From assembly GCA_963823345.1 (NCBI GenBank), contig CAWGLE010000004.1:385166-449165 (forward strand): 64,000 nt of DNA, read 5' to 3'. The translations under genes and the position numbers were made by a program. The notes below the pieces were generated by a model. The model saw nothing but the letters and a program-made list of their open reading frames with translations, ran no database searches and had not been told where the DNA came from. The DNA comes from Candidatus Sulfomarinibacteraceae bacterium. Lineage in GTDB: Bacteria; Acidobacteriota; Thermoanaerobaculia; Thermoanaerobaculales; Sulfomarinibacteraceae. This document shows, one piece after another, positions 29,717 through 39,792 of the stretch (positions are counted from its first letter, which is position 1; each line of letters begins with the position of its first letter).

Positions 29717-30565
29717 ATGAGACCTGGGCTCTGGGTCCTCGGCATCACGATCGCGGCGGCCGCCCTGGCCACCGCGATGGATATCCCGATGCGCGACGGG
29801 ACGGTCGTCACGGCCGACAGCTACAAGGTCACCGGGTCGTACGTGATGATCGTCCTGGCCGACGGGTCCCAGGTGGCATTCGATGTGGCGGATGTGGACC
29901 TTGCGGCTCTGCGCGAGGCGGAGGCCGCGGCCGCCGCCGCATCCGGCGACGAGCCCGCGCCGGAAGCGGAAGCACAGTCGAGCGACACGATCTCCAGCGG
30001 ACGTTCGTTGAAGCACGCCGGCGCCGCAGCCGACGACGCGGCGGACGGGCTCGCCATCACCGATCGCGACGTCAAGCACATGCGCGGCAGCGGCGTGCGC
30101 GGCGAGGACGAGCAGCAGGAGGCCGACGCCTCGGGGACCGAAACAGGTCCCGAGGGGGACTACCAGGTGGGCGGCAGCGTGGTGCTCAACAACGTCCGGG
30201 TCGAACCGGCCGGGGAGGGCCGCTGGCAGATTCAGGGCGAGGTGGTCAACCGCAGCCCGCGGCCGGTCCTCAACGTGACCGTCAAGCTCGAGACCCTGGG
30301 CGGCGGCGAGCCGTGGAGCGGCGAGGTCCGGGCCGCCGGCGTCCTCGGACCCGACGAGAAGGCGGCCTTCACCCACAGCTTCATGGCCGAGGTGCCCGAG
30401 GGCAAGGCGCAGCCGAGCATCCGGGCGAGCGTGTTGTGGATGCAGGAGGAGTCGCGGCGCGAGCCGGACTACACCAAGGCCGGCGGGGTTCCCCACCCCA
30501 GCAACCTGCCGCTGCAGTTCGGCGGCGTCACCGGCGCCGACGTGCGGCCGACGCCCGTCCAGTAG
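29717..30565 (+). CDS. H1: hypothetical secreted protein (cluster 1 only)
   Basis: ATG lies 3 nt after the F1 stop. MRPGLWVLGITIAAAALATA signal-like N-terminus, an Ala/Glu/Asp-rich linker, and a beta-rich C-domain. Ends ...DVRPTPVQ. Confidence 0.55.
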   Translation: MRPGLWVLGITIAAAALATAMDIPMRDGTVVTADSYKVTGSYVMIVLADGSQVAFDVADVDLAALREAEAAAAAASGDEPAPEAEAQSSDTISSGRSLKHAGAAADDAADGLAITDRDVKHMRGSGVRGEDEQQEADASGTETGPEGDYQVGGSVVLNNVRVEPAGEGRWQIQGEVVNRSPRPVLNVTVKLETLGGGEPWSGEVRAAGVLGPDEKAAFTHSFMAEVPEGKAQPSIRASVLWMQEESRREPDYTKAGGVPHPSNLPLQFGGVTGADVRPTPVQ

Positions 30566-30571
30566 CGGTCG

Positions 30572-31033
30572 ATGCCGCTGAACTTCCGCAAGTCAGCGGT
30601 CGCGATCGGGCTGGTCGCGATCGTTGCGCTGGCTCTGCTGTGGCGGGCCTGCCGCTCCCGCGATGACTCTCCGCCGCCGCCTCCGACGGACTTCGCTACC
30701 GAAAAGGTGCGCCTGGTCTCTCCCGACCTCGACCTCGAGCTCCTCGAGGTGCGAGGCATCGTCAACCCCGGCTACACCGACTGGGCCTGCGTCTTTTCGT
30801 GCCGCGAAAACGGCGGGTGCCGGGCGGAGACCCGGGTACGGATTCTCTACACAACGGGGGGCGAGAAGCGCACCCTCACCCTGAGCGGCCACTTCGACGC
30901 CGACCGCGGCCAGAATATCCGCGTCGGGCGGATGCAGCGTCCGCCGGTCGCGGTGGATCGGGTCGTGGAAGTCACCGTCGAGGTGGAGGCGCCCTTCGTT
31001 CCCGGTGCGCCGCGACCCACCCCGGTGCAGTGA
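30572..31033 (+). CDS. G1: small single-pass membrane protein with a YTDWAC-x4-C-x5-C motif
   Basis: MPLNFRKSAVAIGLVAIVALALLW TM segment. ...PGYTDWACVFSCRENGGCRAE...VGRMQRPPVAVDRVVEV...GAPRPTPVQ. Paralog of G2 (39793-40257). Confidence 0.6.
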   Translation: MPLNFRKSAVAIGLVAIVALALLWRACRSRDDSPPPPPTDFATEKVRLVSPDLDLELLEVRGIVNPGYTDWACVFSCRENGGCRAETRVRILYTTGGEKRTLTLSGHFDADRGQNIRVGRMQRPPVAVDRVVEVTVEVEAPFVPGAPRPTPVQ

Positions 31034-31122
31034 CGCCGCCCGGCGCGCCCGGCTCCGGATGTGACGACCGTCACCCTTCAGGACAGATATCACCCGTGAT
31101 TTCTGGTCCATAATCCCTTTTA

Positions 31123-31183
31123 TGTCAAAGGTTTTTGAATGACGGTGGCGACCTGTTGACGGTCCGCCCGCGGGTGCCACATG
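31123..31183 (+). promoter_or_regulatory. Candidate promoter block of pilus-tip cluster 2
   Basis: TGTCAAAGG (31123), N24, TTGACGG (31156), N14, CCACATGATAGTAC (31177). Paralogous to 20757-20816. Confidence 0.45.
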
Positions 31184-31227
31184 ATAGTACTGACCTACCG
31201 GTCGGGAACGGAGCCCATCGTGATGAG

Positions 31228-31854
31228 ATGCCGCCAACACCGTCGACAGCCGACCGCCGCCGGCGCCGGAAAGTGCAGCGGGGTTTCACCCTCAACGAGA
31301 TGATGGTGGTGGTGGCGATCGTCGGCCTCCTCGCGGTGATCGGGATGCCCAACCTCCATCGGGCGGCGATCCGGGCGGATCTCCTGGAAGAGGTGAAGGC
31401 GGTCCGCCAGGCCCTGGCGGTGGCCCGGATGAAGGCGCTCAAGAGCGGCCGCAGGGTGGCGGTTGCGCTGATCCCCGGTGCAACGGCCCAACCCGGCCAC
31501 TCGGTGGTGGCCTGGGTCGACGACGCGGCGGACAAGAGCCTCGACCCGACCGACGAGGTGGTCGGCCGGTGGAACATGGGGGTCAAGACCCTGATCGGTC
31601 CGGACGACACCGCCGAGGACTGGTCGTTGGCGAGTCTGTCGGGGTCGCAGAAGGGCGTCATCTTCCTCCCCGCCGGGAACGCCATCGCCCACGGAACGGA
31701 CATCGGCATCGGGTTCGGTTCGGTGGTGCTCTCGGATCTGAAGGGCAACCGGATCCGGTTGTTGATCGCCGCCGGCGCGGGCACGGTGCGTGAGCAGATG
31801 TGGGACCCCGACCTCGGCGTGTGGTCTGACGAGATCAGGTTCTGGAGGTACTGA
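31228..31854 (+). CDS. FimT/GspH-like minor (pseudo)pilin, copy 2
   Basis: MPPTPSTADRRRRRKVQRGFTLNEMMVVVAIVGLLAVIGMPNL.... Ends ...FWRY, like copy 1 (...LWRY). Confidence 0.75.
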   Translation: MPPTPSTADRRRRRKVQRGFTLNEMMVVVAIVGLLAVIGMPNLHRAAIRADLLEEVKAVRQALAVARMKALKSGRRVAVALIPGATAQPGHSVVAWVDDAADKSLDPTDEVVGRWNMGVKTLIGPDDTAEDWSLASLSGSQKGVIFLPAGNAIAHGTDIGIGFGSVVLSDLKGNRIRLLIAAGAGTVREQMWDPDLGVWSDEIRFWRY

Positions 31855-32945
31855 TGATCGGCATTCGATCCCTGAAATCAGGCCGCAGAGCGGGTTTCAC
31901 CCTGATCGAGGTGGTGGTGGCGATGGCCGTGTTCGCCATCTTCATGATCGGCATCCTCAACCTGCTCGACTCCTCGACCAGGATCTCGGAGATCGAGAAG
32001 GCGTTGTCCGACACCCAGGAAAACGTGCGCTTCGCCGCCTACCACATGACGCGCACCGCGCGGATGATGGGCGGCGCCGGGATGCCGTTTGCGGGCACGG
32101 TCGCCGGCGGCCCCAGCTGGATCGCCGGCGAGCTGCTGTCGAGCCAGTCCGGCAGTCTCACGACTCCCTATCCGCTCGGCGCCATCAACGTGCTGGACGG
32201 AACGGACGTCGTGACGATCCGGGGGTTCTTCGAGGTCCCGCCGTTTTTCGTCGACAAGACCGACGTCAATCTGTCGCTCGACCGGATCGAGGTCACGGAG
32301 TCCATCGGCACACATGTGATCAACAGGGATTTCGACGCCATCGATGTCAATCAACTGGAGGGCCGCGGCCTGGTGTTCATGGGCGAGTTGGACCGCAGCC
32401 AGTACGCCGTGGGCCAGCTCGGGCCGTCCTCGACCATGGACGGTACGGGTCCCGACCGGACGCTGACCCTGATGATCAGCGACGCGCCGGCCGCCTGGTG
32501 GGCGGGGCTGAATGAGACCGGCGCGGCGACCACGCCTTCGTTCGAGGTCTACCAGGTGGGCGTGCTCGACGCCTACACCTACTTCGTCGACCCCGAGTTC
32601 CGCCTGATGCGGTTGCGGGCCGACAAGTCGGCCCAGGGCGCCACGCTGCAGCCGGTGGCGGTCAACATCGGCGGTCTGCAGGTGGCGCTGGGGGTCGATG
32701 TCGACAACGACGGTCAGGTGGACGTCTGGCAGGGGGAACCTACGGAAGCCGGCGTCAGCGGCAATCGGGTGATCTCGATGCGCATCACGGTGCTCGGGCG
32801 GACGCCGGTCGAGATTCCCGGCTGGGAGGAGCCGGCGGCCACCTTTGGCGTCGGCCAGGAGGCCCAGACGGTCGACGCCGCCGGCCGCAGCGCCAAGTGG
32901 CGCCGGGTCCAGGTCGTGGCGACGCTGCGGAACTACCTGTTCTGA
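31854..32945 (+). CDS. pilW: PilW-like minor pilin, copy 2 (intact)
   Basis: TGATG overlap. ...[56 protein letters not shown]...; 363 aa. Confidence 0.8.
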   Translation: MIGIRSLKSGRRAGFTLIEVVVAMAVFAIFMIGILNLLDSSTRISEIEKALSDTQENVRFAAYHMTRTARMMGGAGMPFAGTVAGGPSWIAGELLSSQSGSLTTPYPLGAINVLDGTDVVTIRGFFEVPPFFVDKTDVNLSLDRIEVTESIGTHVINRDFDAIDVNQLEGRGLVFMGELDRSQYAVGQLGPSSTMDGTGPDRTLTLMISDAPAAWWAGLNETGAATTPSFEVYQVGVLDAYTYFVDPEFRLMRLRADKSAQGATLQPVAVNIGGLQVALGVDVDNDGQVDVWQGEPTEAGVSGNRVISMRITVLGRTPVEIPGWEEPAATFGVGQEAQTVDAAGRSAKWRRVQVVATLRNYLF

Positions 32946-32952
32946 CGGGGGG

Positions 32953-33502
32953 ATGATGATGATCGAGCCCACTTCGACCGCGCGCACCGGCAGCCGCGAC
33001 AACGAGCGCGGCGTGGCGCTGATCATGGCCCTCCTGGTGTCGGTGATTCTGGTGTTTCTCGGCATGGGGCTGTCTGTTGCAGACCTCTCTCGGGCTGCAG
33101 GCCGCGGGGACCGACCGCTGGGTGGCCAAGGCGATGTACGCGGCCGATGCCGGCGTCATGATGCAGATCCAGATGATCCAGGCCGGCGCCATCGGCTCTG
33201 CGGGCAGCTTCGTGTTCCAGGACGACCCCGATCTCGACGGTTTTCTCAAGGGCGATTACACGGTCTCCATCTCCGAATTCTGCGAGACCCGCCCGATGAC
33301 CACCGTGTGGGCCGACGACTCGGCGTGGTCCTCGGAGTTCAAGGTGCGCCACTTTCACTTTCGAAGCGATGCGGTGCGGACCATCGGCGGGCTCGGCGGC
33401 CTGAGCCGGGCGGCGGTCGCGGTGGACGTCTCGGCGTGGCCGTTCGTCGAAGACCAGCTGGTGCCGGTGACCCAGTGCCGCGGCGCCGAGTGGGGGGGCT
33501 GA
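32953..33502 (+). CDS. pilX: PilX-like protein, copy 2, apparent 1-nt insertion in a G4 run at 33066-33069
   Basis: [39 protein letters not shown], then frame +1 ...[30 protein letters not shown].... Confidence 0.7.
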
Positions 33503-33504
33503 AC

Positions 33505-35592
33505 ATGAAACGACTCCGATGCTCGACATCGCTCGCCCTGGTCGTGGCGCTCCTCGCGGCATATCCGTTGACCGCGGACGACAAGGACTTCCTGCGCAAA
33601 CGCGCGGCGGCGCCGGTGCTGGTCTTCATTCTCGACACGTCGGGCTCGATGGTCGGGTCTCCGGAAGAGCCGGGGATGATGCGCGGCTCCCGCGTCGGTT
33701 ACGGCATGGTGCCCGGCGCCGGCGATGATCCCTACTCGCGGATGGGTATCGCCAAACGGGTGCTCCGGGACTTCCTCACCAGCGCCAGTGATGCCACCTA
33801 TGCCCTGGCGGGCTACGCCCAGGAACTGCCCTCCGACGGCTCCAACGCGGTCCCGCAAAAACACTGGGTCTACGAGGCCCGCGACGGCGACCGCTTCAGA
33901 ATGGTGGAGCCCAACTACGCCTACCGCCTCGGCTACGCCGAGACCTTTGCCGGGGTCCTGCTCGACAACCCGGCCGACATCCTCAAGGGGAGGATGATCG
34001 GCTACACGCCGTACTTCGACCCCTCCGCCCCCATCCTCGACCGCTACGGCCCCACCAACGCCTGGGCCACCGGAATCGTGGAGGGCGACAGTGAGCTCGA
34101 GCTGCCCTACGATCTCCTGCCGATGTATTTCGGCACCTGTTTCGTCGACAACAAGGAGACCCCGCTCGACACCACCGACGATGTGACCGTCTGCCGCGAC
34201 GACGTCTTCCCGTTCTATGCCACGGGCCAACGCGACGTCAACGGCGACATGATGACCGACGAGTTCTACTATGGCGACCCGGCGTCCGGGAGGTTCCCGG
34301 ACTGCACGCCCAACCGGACGCCCGATGCGACGAATCCGGACGATGGATGTCTGTCGAGATGGTGGACCATCGGCAGCGGCACCTCGACCGACAACCGGCG
34401 CCGGGTGCAGGTGCGGATCCCGTCGACCGGTCCCGAGGGCAAACCGAACCACTTTCTGGCGGTCGACGATACCGGCGCCTATGTCGGCAACGAGCTCGCG
34501 GCGGACCCCGGCAACGACGAGGACTATGACCTCGACCTGACGCCCGACGCCGACTACGACGGGTCCAAGGACAACGACTGGGTGCTCTGGGTCGAGGTGG
34601 TGGAAGAACAGCGCAGCCGGACCTGCAATTACGTGATCTCCCCGACTCCGACGACGACGCCGACCGAGACCCCCACGCCCACTCCGACCATCACCGCGAC
34701 GCCCACCCAGACCCCGACGGTGACGACCACTCCGACGGTGTCGCCCACAATGACCCCGCCGCCGGTGAATTGCAGCGACATCACCCTGGAGATGCGTCCA
34801 CCGGCGAGCGGCATCCTGCAGGCCTGGATCAACAACGGCACCACCTCCCCGATCGAGATCACCCGCACGGTGGTGAGCTGGGATCCGCCGGACTCGTCCT
34901 ACTACCTGGATTGGATGGGCGTGTACTCCGGCTCCTATTCCCACAACATCGGGACCCACTATTGGGGTGACGGCCAGCCGTCCGTCGACTACGGACCGAT
35001 CACCGACGTCGACACCGAGGACCCGTCGCTGGCGCGGATCCCGGCCGGCTACAGATTCGGTTGGTACGCCGACATCGACAGCAACTTCACCCACAACGCC
35101 TTCCATGAGGTGTGTGTCGACGTCGACGTGATGAACGAGGGTCTGACCTGCAGCGGCATCTGCGACAGCTACGAGCTCATCCAGCCGCCGACGCCCACCC
35201 GGACCCCGACCCGCACCAACACGCCGTACGCCGGCACTCCGACCCGGACGCCGACAATTACTCCGACCCGGACGCCGACGATCACGCAGACCCCGTCGCA
35301 GACGCCGACCATCACGAGGACACCGACCAGGACCCTGTCCCCGACCATCACGCAGACGCCGACCATCACGAGGACACCGACCAGGACCCTGTCCCCGACC
35401 ATCACGCAGACCCCGTCGCGGACGCCGACGAGGACCGCGACACGGACCCCGTCCAACACGCCGACCCGGACGGCAACCCCGACCATCACGCAGACCCCGA
35501 CGCGGACGCCGACCAGGACTTCGACTTCGACTCCGCCCCCGGTACCCACGGCGACCAGGACACCGCTGCCGACGGCGACGGAGATCCAGTGA
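33505..35592 (+). CDS. E2: secreted MIDAS (DxSxS) protein with two Thr/Pro repeat tracts (intact, 695 aa)
   Basis: ATG lies 3 nt after the pilX-2 stop. [37 protein letters not shown] (33634-33648), [21 protein letters not shown] linker at about 34630-34770. C-terminal TP tail at about 35183-35589. Confidence 0.75.
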   Translation: MKRLRCSTSLALVVALLAAYPLTADDKDFLRKRAAAPVLVFILDTSGSMVGSPEEPGMMRGSRVGYGMVPGAGDDPYSRMGIAKRVLRDFLTSASDATYALAGYAQELPSDGSNAVPQKHWVYEARDGDRFRMVEPNYAYRLGYAETFAGVLLDNPADILKGRMIGYTPYFDPSAPILDRYGPTNAWATGIVEGDSELELPYDLLPMYFGTCFVDNKETPLDTTDDVTVCRDDVFPFYATGQRDVNGDMMTDEFYYGDPASGRFPDCTPNRTPDATNPDDGCLSRWWTIGSGTSTDNRRRVQVRIPSTGPEGKPNHFLAVDDTGAYVGNELAADPGNDEDYDLDLTPDADYDGSKDNDWVLWVEVVEEQRSRTCNYVISPTPTTTPTETPTPTPTITATPTQTPTVTTTPTVSPTMTPPPVNCSDITLEMRPPASGILQAWINNGTTSPIEITRTVVSWDPPDSSYYLDWMGVYSGSYSHNIGTHYWGDGQPSVDYGPITDVDTEDPSLARIPAGYRFGWYADIDSNFTHNAFHEVCVDVDVMNEGLTCSGICDSYELIQPPTPTRTPTRTNTPYAGTPTRTPTITPTRTPTITQTPSQTPTITRTPTRTLSPTITQTPTITRTPTRTLSPTITQTPSRTPTRTATRTPSNTPTRTATPTITQTPTRTPTRTSTSTPPPVPTATRTPLPTATEIQ
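35301..35408 (+). repeat. Two perfect tandem 54-bp copies inside the Thr/Pro-coding tail of E2
   Basis: GACGCCGACCATCACGAGGACACCGACCAGGACCCTGTCCCCGACCATCACGCA occurs at 35301-35354 and again at 35355-35408. Flanked by degenerate copies. Confidence 0.85.
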
Positions 35593-35612
35593 TGAGCCGG
35601 CAGGAGGCAGCC

Positions 35613-38600
35613 ATGAGTCGTCAGAAGCGGCCCGCCAGACACCTTCCAGCGGCGTTCGGGGCCTTCGCCTGCGGACTGCTCACCATCGTGGTGGGCGGGT
35701 CGGCCGCATGGGCGCAGAGCTTTCCCACAGCCCCGCCCGTCGAGGTGATGTTCGACGATTTCGAGACGACCACCCCGCCGCGGCCGCCGGACGACCCGCT
35801 CGACGGCAGCGGCGCGATCTGGGACGAGTGGAGCTACAGCTCGACCGATTTCGAGTACAACCCGTCGGCGGTGCCGGCGCAGATCCGTGGCGGGATCTGG
35901 GGCGTGCGGTGTCTCCAGGAGAACTCGACCCGGAGGACGGAACCACGAGGGCTACCTGGTGGTCAAACAGTCGATGCCGGGCAACCCCGGGTACGACCCG
36001 GCGGAGTGGACCAACTTCCGGCTGGACGTCGATCTGACGGTGACCCGCAACGGCATCCCGGGCATCGCCTGGGGCGTCCGCGACCCCGACAACGACGGCA
36101 TTCCCGATCAGGGGTATCTGTTCACGCTGCAGGGCTTCCCCACCGAGGGCCAGGCCGCCCGGGGCATCAGGGCGACCTGGCAGGTCAACCGCATCGACGG
36201 CGAAGGCAGCTCGACCGTGGTCGAGCAGGGGACCGTCAACCTGCCGTCACCTGACGACTACACCAGGTTCCTGGTCGACTACAAGGCCTTCCGCCTCCGC
36301 CTCGAGTGGTACTGCAACGACCTCCAGGTGCGCATCCAGCGGGTCTACAACACGTCGGTGATCCCGCAGAGGTTCTACGGGTGCGGGTGCGGAACCGAGA
36401 GCCTCGACCCCGAAGCCTGCTGGTGCACCCTCGCCGAGTGGAGTGACCCGGGCGCCAGCCTGACGCCCGGCATCACGGGTCTCTACCACAGCGGCCGGCG
36501 CAACGACCCGCCCGCTGACAGTCTGAACGAGACCATGTGGGACAACTTCAGAGTCTCGGCGTGGAACCCGGGCTGCGGTGAATCCTGCGATCCCTGGACC
36601 GTCTGGAGCACGACCTCGACCACCCAGATCCCGTTCAAGCTGTTGTACGAGGCCGGCCTGTTCGACTACTCGGCCGGGCGCAACGCCGAGGGTCGCAAGA
36701 TCGACGTCAACTCGTTTGCACCGTCCACCACGTCGGCCAACAACTCGACCACCACCAACTACTGCAACGGCTGGAACCTGTTGGTCGATCTGCCGGCGCC
36801 GCTGGCGCCGACCGAGATCGACGACATCAGGTCCTTCCTCCAGCCCATGGCCACCGCGGTGGACTATGTCGCCGACGGCGGCGGCTCGTTCAGCTGGCAG
36901 GACACCTTCGACAACGATCCTTCAAGCCCCGCCTACAACCCGGTGCCGATGATCGCCAACGGTTCGACCCCCATCAACAACTCGCTGCTCGACGCCTTCG
37001 ACTGGTACGTCGATCAGGTGACCATCGGCGACTGGGCCACCGACCCGCTCAAGGCGTGCCGCGAGTGGTACGTGGTGTTGATCACCGACGGCGCCGAGAG
37101 CTGCGCCGGACCGGGCCAGTTCGCCTGCGACCCGGGCCAGGCGGCCTCCAAGTTCGCCGATCCCGGCATCGAGGGGGTGGAGGCGGTCCCGGTCTACACG
37201 ATCGGGTTCTCGGAGTCCCTGAGCGGCAGCGCCACGGATACGGGGCCGGGTGCGCCGGAGGACCTCACGTGCATCTCCGAGCAGACCGGAGGGATCTACT
37301 ACAGCGCTCGCAATGCGGCCGAGCTCAGCCAGGCCCTCCAGGATGTGTTCTATTCGTTGCAGACCGAATCCCGCACCTTCACCCCCTTCCGGGTGTCGCC
37401 GCCGCCGTCCGCAGCCGGTCCGGACAACCAGACCCAGGACGCGCTGGTGGTGTATCCGCTCTTCAACGCCGCCAAGGAGACGTCGCTGTGGCGGGGCACC
37501 CTGTACGGTTTCCGCTTCAACGGCAGCAACGCCTCGATTCCGAACACCGGCAACTGCGAGATCGACCTCTCCCAGGTGGTGTTCGAAGAGGTGAGCCAGA
37601 GAAGCTGGGACGCCAATGCGCGGCTGGCTGAGCAGCTCGCCGCGCCCACCCCGGAACGGCACGTCTTCATGGGCAGCGATATCACGGGCAACTGGGCCAG
37701 GCACGATCTCGCGACCATCCCCACCAACGACACCCTGCGGACCGAGTTCATGGACCTGATCGGCACGACGGATCGGGTGAAGGCCCAGGAAGTGGTCAAC
37801 TTCGTGCGCGGTCTGTGGATGGACGACGATCCGACCGCCTCGCCCGACCCCAAACCCGACGCACGTCCGGACGACAGCTCGTCGCTCGGCGACATCTACC
37901 ATTCGCAGCCGGTGATCGTGAGCCCGCCCAGCCGGTCCCTGTACTTCTTCGATTACGGCTTCAGCGCCGCCGGCGACGAGGGTGCTCACGACTATGCCGA
38001 TTTCATGCGCAAACACGCCAAGCGGCGGCGGGTGGTGCTCGCCGGCGCCAACGACGGGATGTTGCACGCCTTCGACGGCGGCGTCTGGGATCGCGACCGC
38101 GCCGGAGCCGGTGAGACCTATGACCGGATCCACGATCTGGGGAACGGCTCCGAGCTCTTCGCGTACGTGCCCCAGGCGGTGATGCCGAAGCTCATGAACC
38201 TGACCTATATCGCCGACCAGCAGTGGATGGTGGACGGCCAGATCGAGGTGAGTGACGCCTTTATCGACCACGACCGCGACAGCGGCACCCCTCGCGAGTG
38301 GCGCACCGTAGCCATCACCACCATGCGGGAGGGCGGCCGCGGCCTCGTCGCCCTCGACATCACCCAACCGGACCCGATCTCGTCGTCGCCGGATTTCGAG
38401 CCCGTGATCTCCGCACTTCCGGGGTGTACCGACGGGACCACCGCCGGGTGCGACGGCGAGTATCCGAAGGTGTTGTGGGAGTTTTCCGACACCGAGGACG
38501 CCGACTCCAACTGCGCCGAGGATCTTTCGGGCGACGACTGCTGGCCGTGGTGGGACCTCGGGTGGACCTGGTCCAAACCGGTGATCGCCAGAATCGCGAT

Positions 38601-39648
38601 CTACAACCCGTCGGAGGCCAACGAGCCCGACGACCTCTTTGTCGCCTTCTTCGGCGGCGGCATCGGCGACGAGTTCGCGCCGGACAGGACGGGCCGCCAC
38701 TTCTACGGCGTCAACGTCGAGACCGGCGACGTGATCTTCAAGCACCCGATCGGCGCCCCGGTGCCGGGCGCCCCGACCGCCCTCGACACCGACGACGACG
38801 GCTTCCACGACCGGATCTACTTCGCCGACTCCGACGGCAGCGTGTGGCGCATCCAGTACCCGAAACCGAACGCAGCCGAGGCGACCGGAGCGGAAGCCGC
38901 CGAAGATGGTTCCGCGCCGGGCCAGATCGTCAGGATCTGGGACTTCCGCTCGAGCTTCGCGGACCGCCAGATGTTCTTCCACCGGCCGGTGACGGTCTCG
39001 ACGGTGGCCGAAAACGGCACGAATTACTGGGCGCTCACCCTGGGCAGCGGCAACCGCCAGAACCTCGGCGAGACATTGGACCGTGTCAGTCACTTCTTCT
39101 TCCTTCTCGATGTGGGTGACAACACGATGCGGGACGCCAGCTACCTGACCTCCGTCGACTACACCGAGCTCGACGCTTCGTTCACCTGTGCCGACGGGAG
39201 CGCCCTCGACCCCGAGAACCCCGAGGCCGAGGCGCAGAGCTTCGGCTGGTACCTGACCCTGCGGCCCAACGAAAAGGTCATGTGGGAGGCGCCGGTGATC
39301 GACGGCTACATCGAGTTCCCCACCTTCGACTCCACGGAAGGCGTGGTGGCGGTGCACAACGCCCCCAACCAGTGCGGCAGCGAGCCGCTCCCGGACGAGG
39401 GGGATGGTGAGGACGAACCGGACGTCCTGTGCGCGACCTCCGGCATCGGTCGGGTCTACAAGCTGTGGTACCAGTGCGGGATGGGGGATTACACCGAGAC
39501 CAACACCCCCGTCGTCGGGGGCGCGGTCTACACCGAAGGCAACACCACCAGGACCTACTACCCGACGATCGACCCCGACGAGGAGCCCGAAGAGCACGAG
39601 TACCAGCACCCGCCCAACCACGTGGTGACCAACTGGAGACAATTCTGA
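35613..39648 (+). CDS. pilY1: F2: PilY1-like tip adhesin, copy 2 (signal peptide, jelly-roll/lectin-like N-domain, vWA-like domain, PilC/PilY1-type beta-propeller); one apparent 1-nt insertion near 35939
   Basis: AGGAGG precedes ATG 35613 (an alternative ATG 35592 overlaps the E2 stop). MSRQKRPARHLPAAFGAFACGLLTIVVGGSAAWA. After ...CLQENSTRRT the frame shifts +1 into the 1253-aa ORF. Motifs: WYVVLITDGAES, VPVYTIGFS, LGDIYHSQPVIVSPP, LAGANDGMLHAFDGG, ALDITQPDP, DTDDDGFHD (38785-38811), IYFADSDGSVWR. Confidence 0.8.
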
Positions 39649-39666
39649 GGAACGCATTCTGAAACG

Positions 39667-39697
39667 GCCGGCGGGGCGGACCTACCGCCCCGCCGGC
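39667..39697 (+). terminator. GC-rich 13-bp stem hairpin after pilY1-2 (terminator-like, no T tract)
   Basis: GCCGGCGGGGCGG (39667-39679), loop ACCTA, CCGCCCCGCCGGC (39685-39697). Confidence 0.35.
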
Positions 39698-39792
39698 GTG
39701 ATCCACAGAGCAGACCGTGGAGCCGGGTCGATCCCCACTCCTGCGATGGCGCGTCGTGCGCGAGCCTCGAAAAAACTGGTAGAGTGCAATCC

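Noticed and set aside
35112-35591. Upstream part of ORF 35112-36254 (DPDPHQH..., Asp/His/Pro-rich)
   Set aside because: It is an out-of-frame reading of the Thr/Pro repeat region of E2. The real pilY1-2 start is at 35592 or 35613, with an SD and a signal peptide.
26333-39657. Long - strand ORFs opposite the pilY1-like genes (26333-28507, 28344-29687, 33355-35106, 36922-39657)
   Set aside because: They mirror the + strand coding regions and have Arg/Gly/Asp/Val-rich degenerate composition. The + strand products have strong paralog conservation and motifs.
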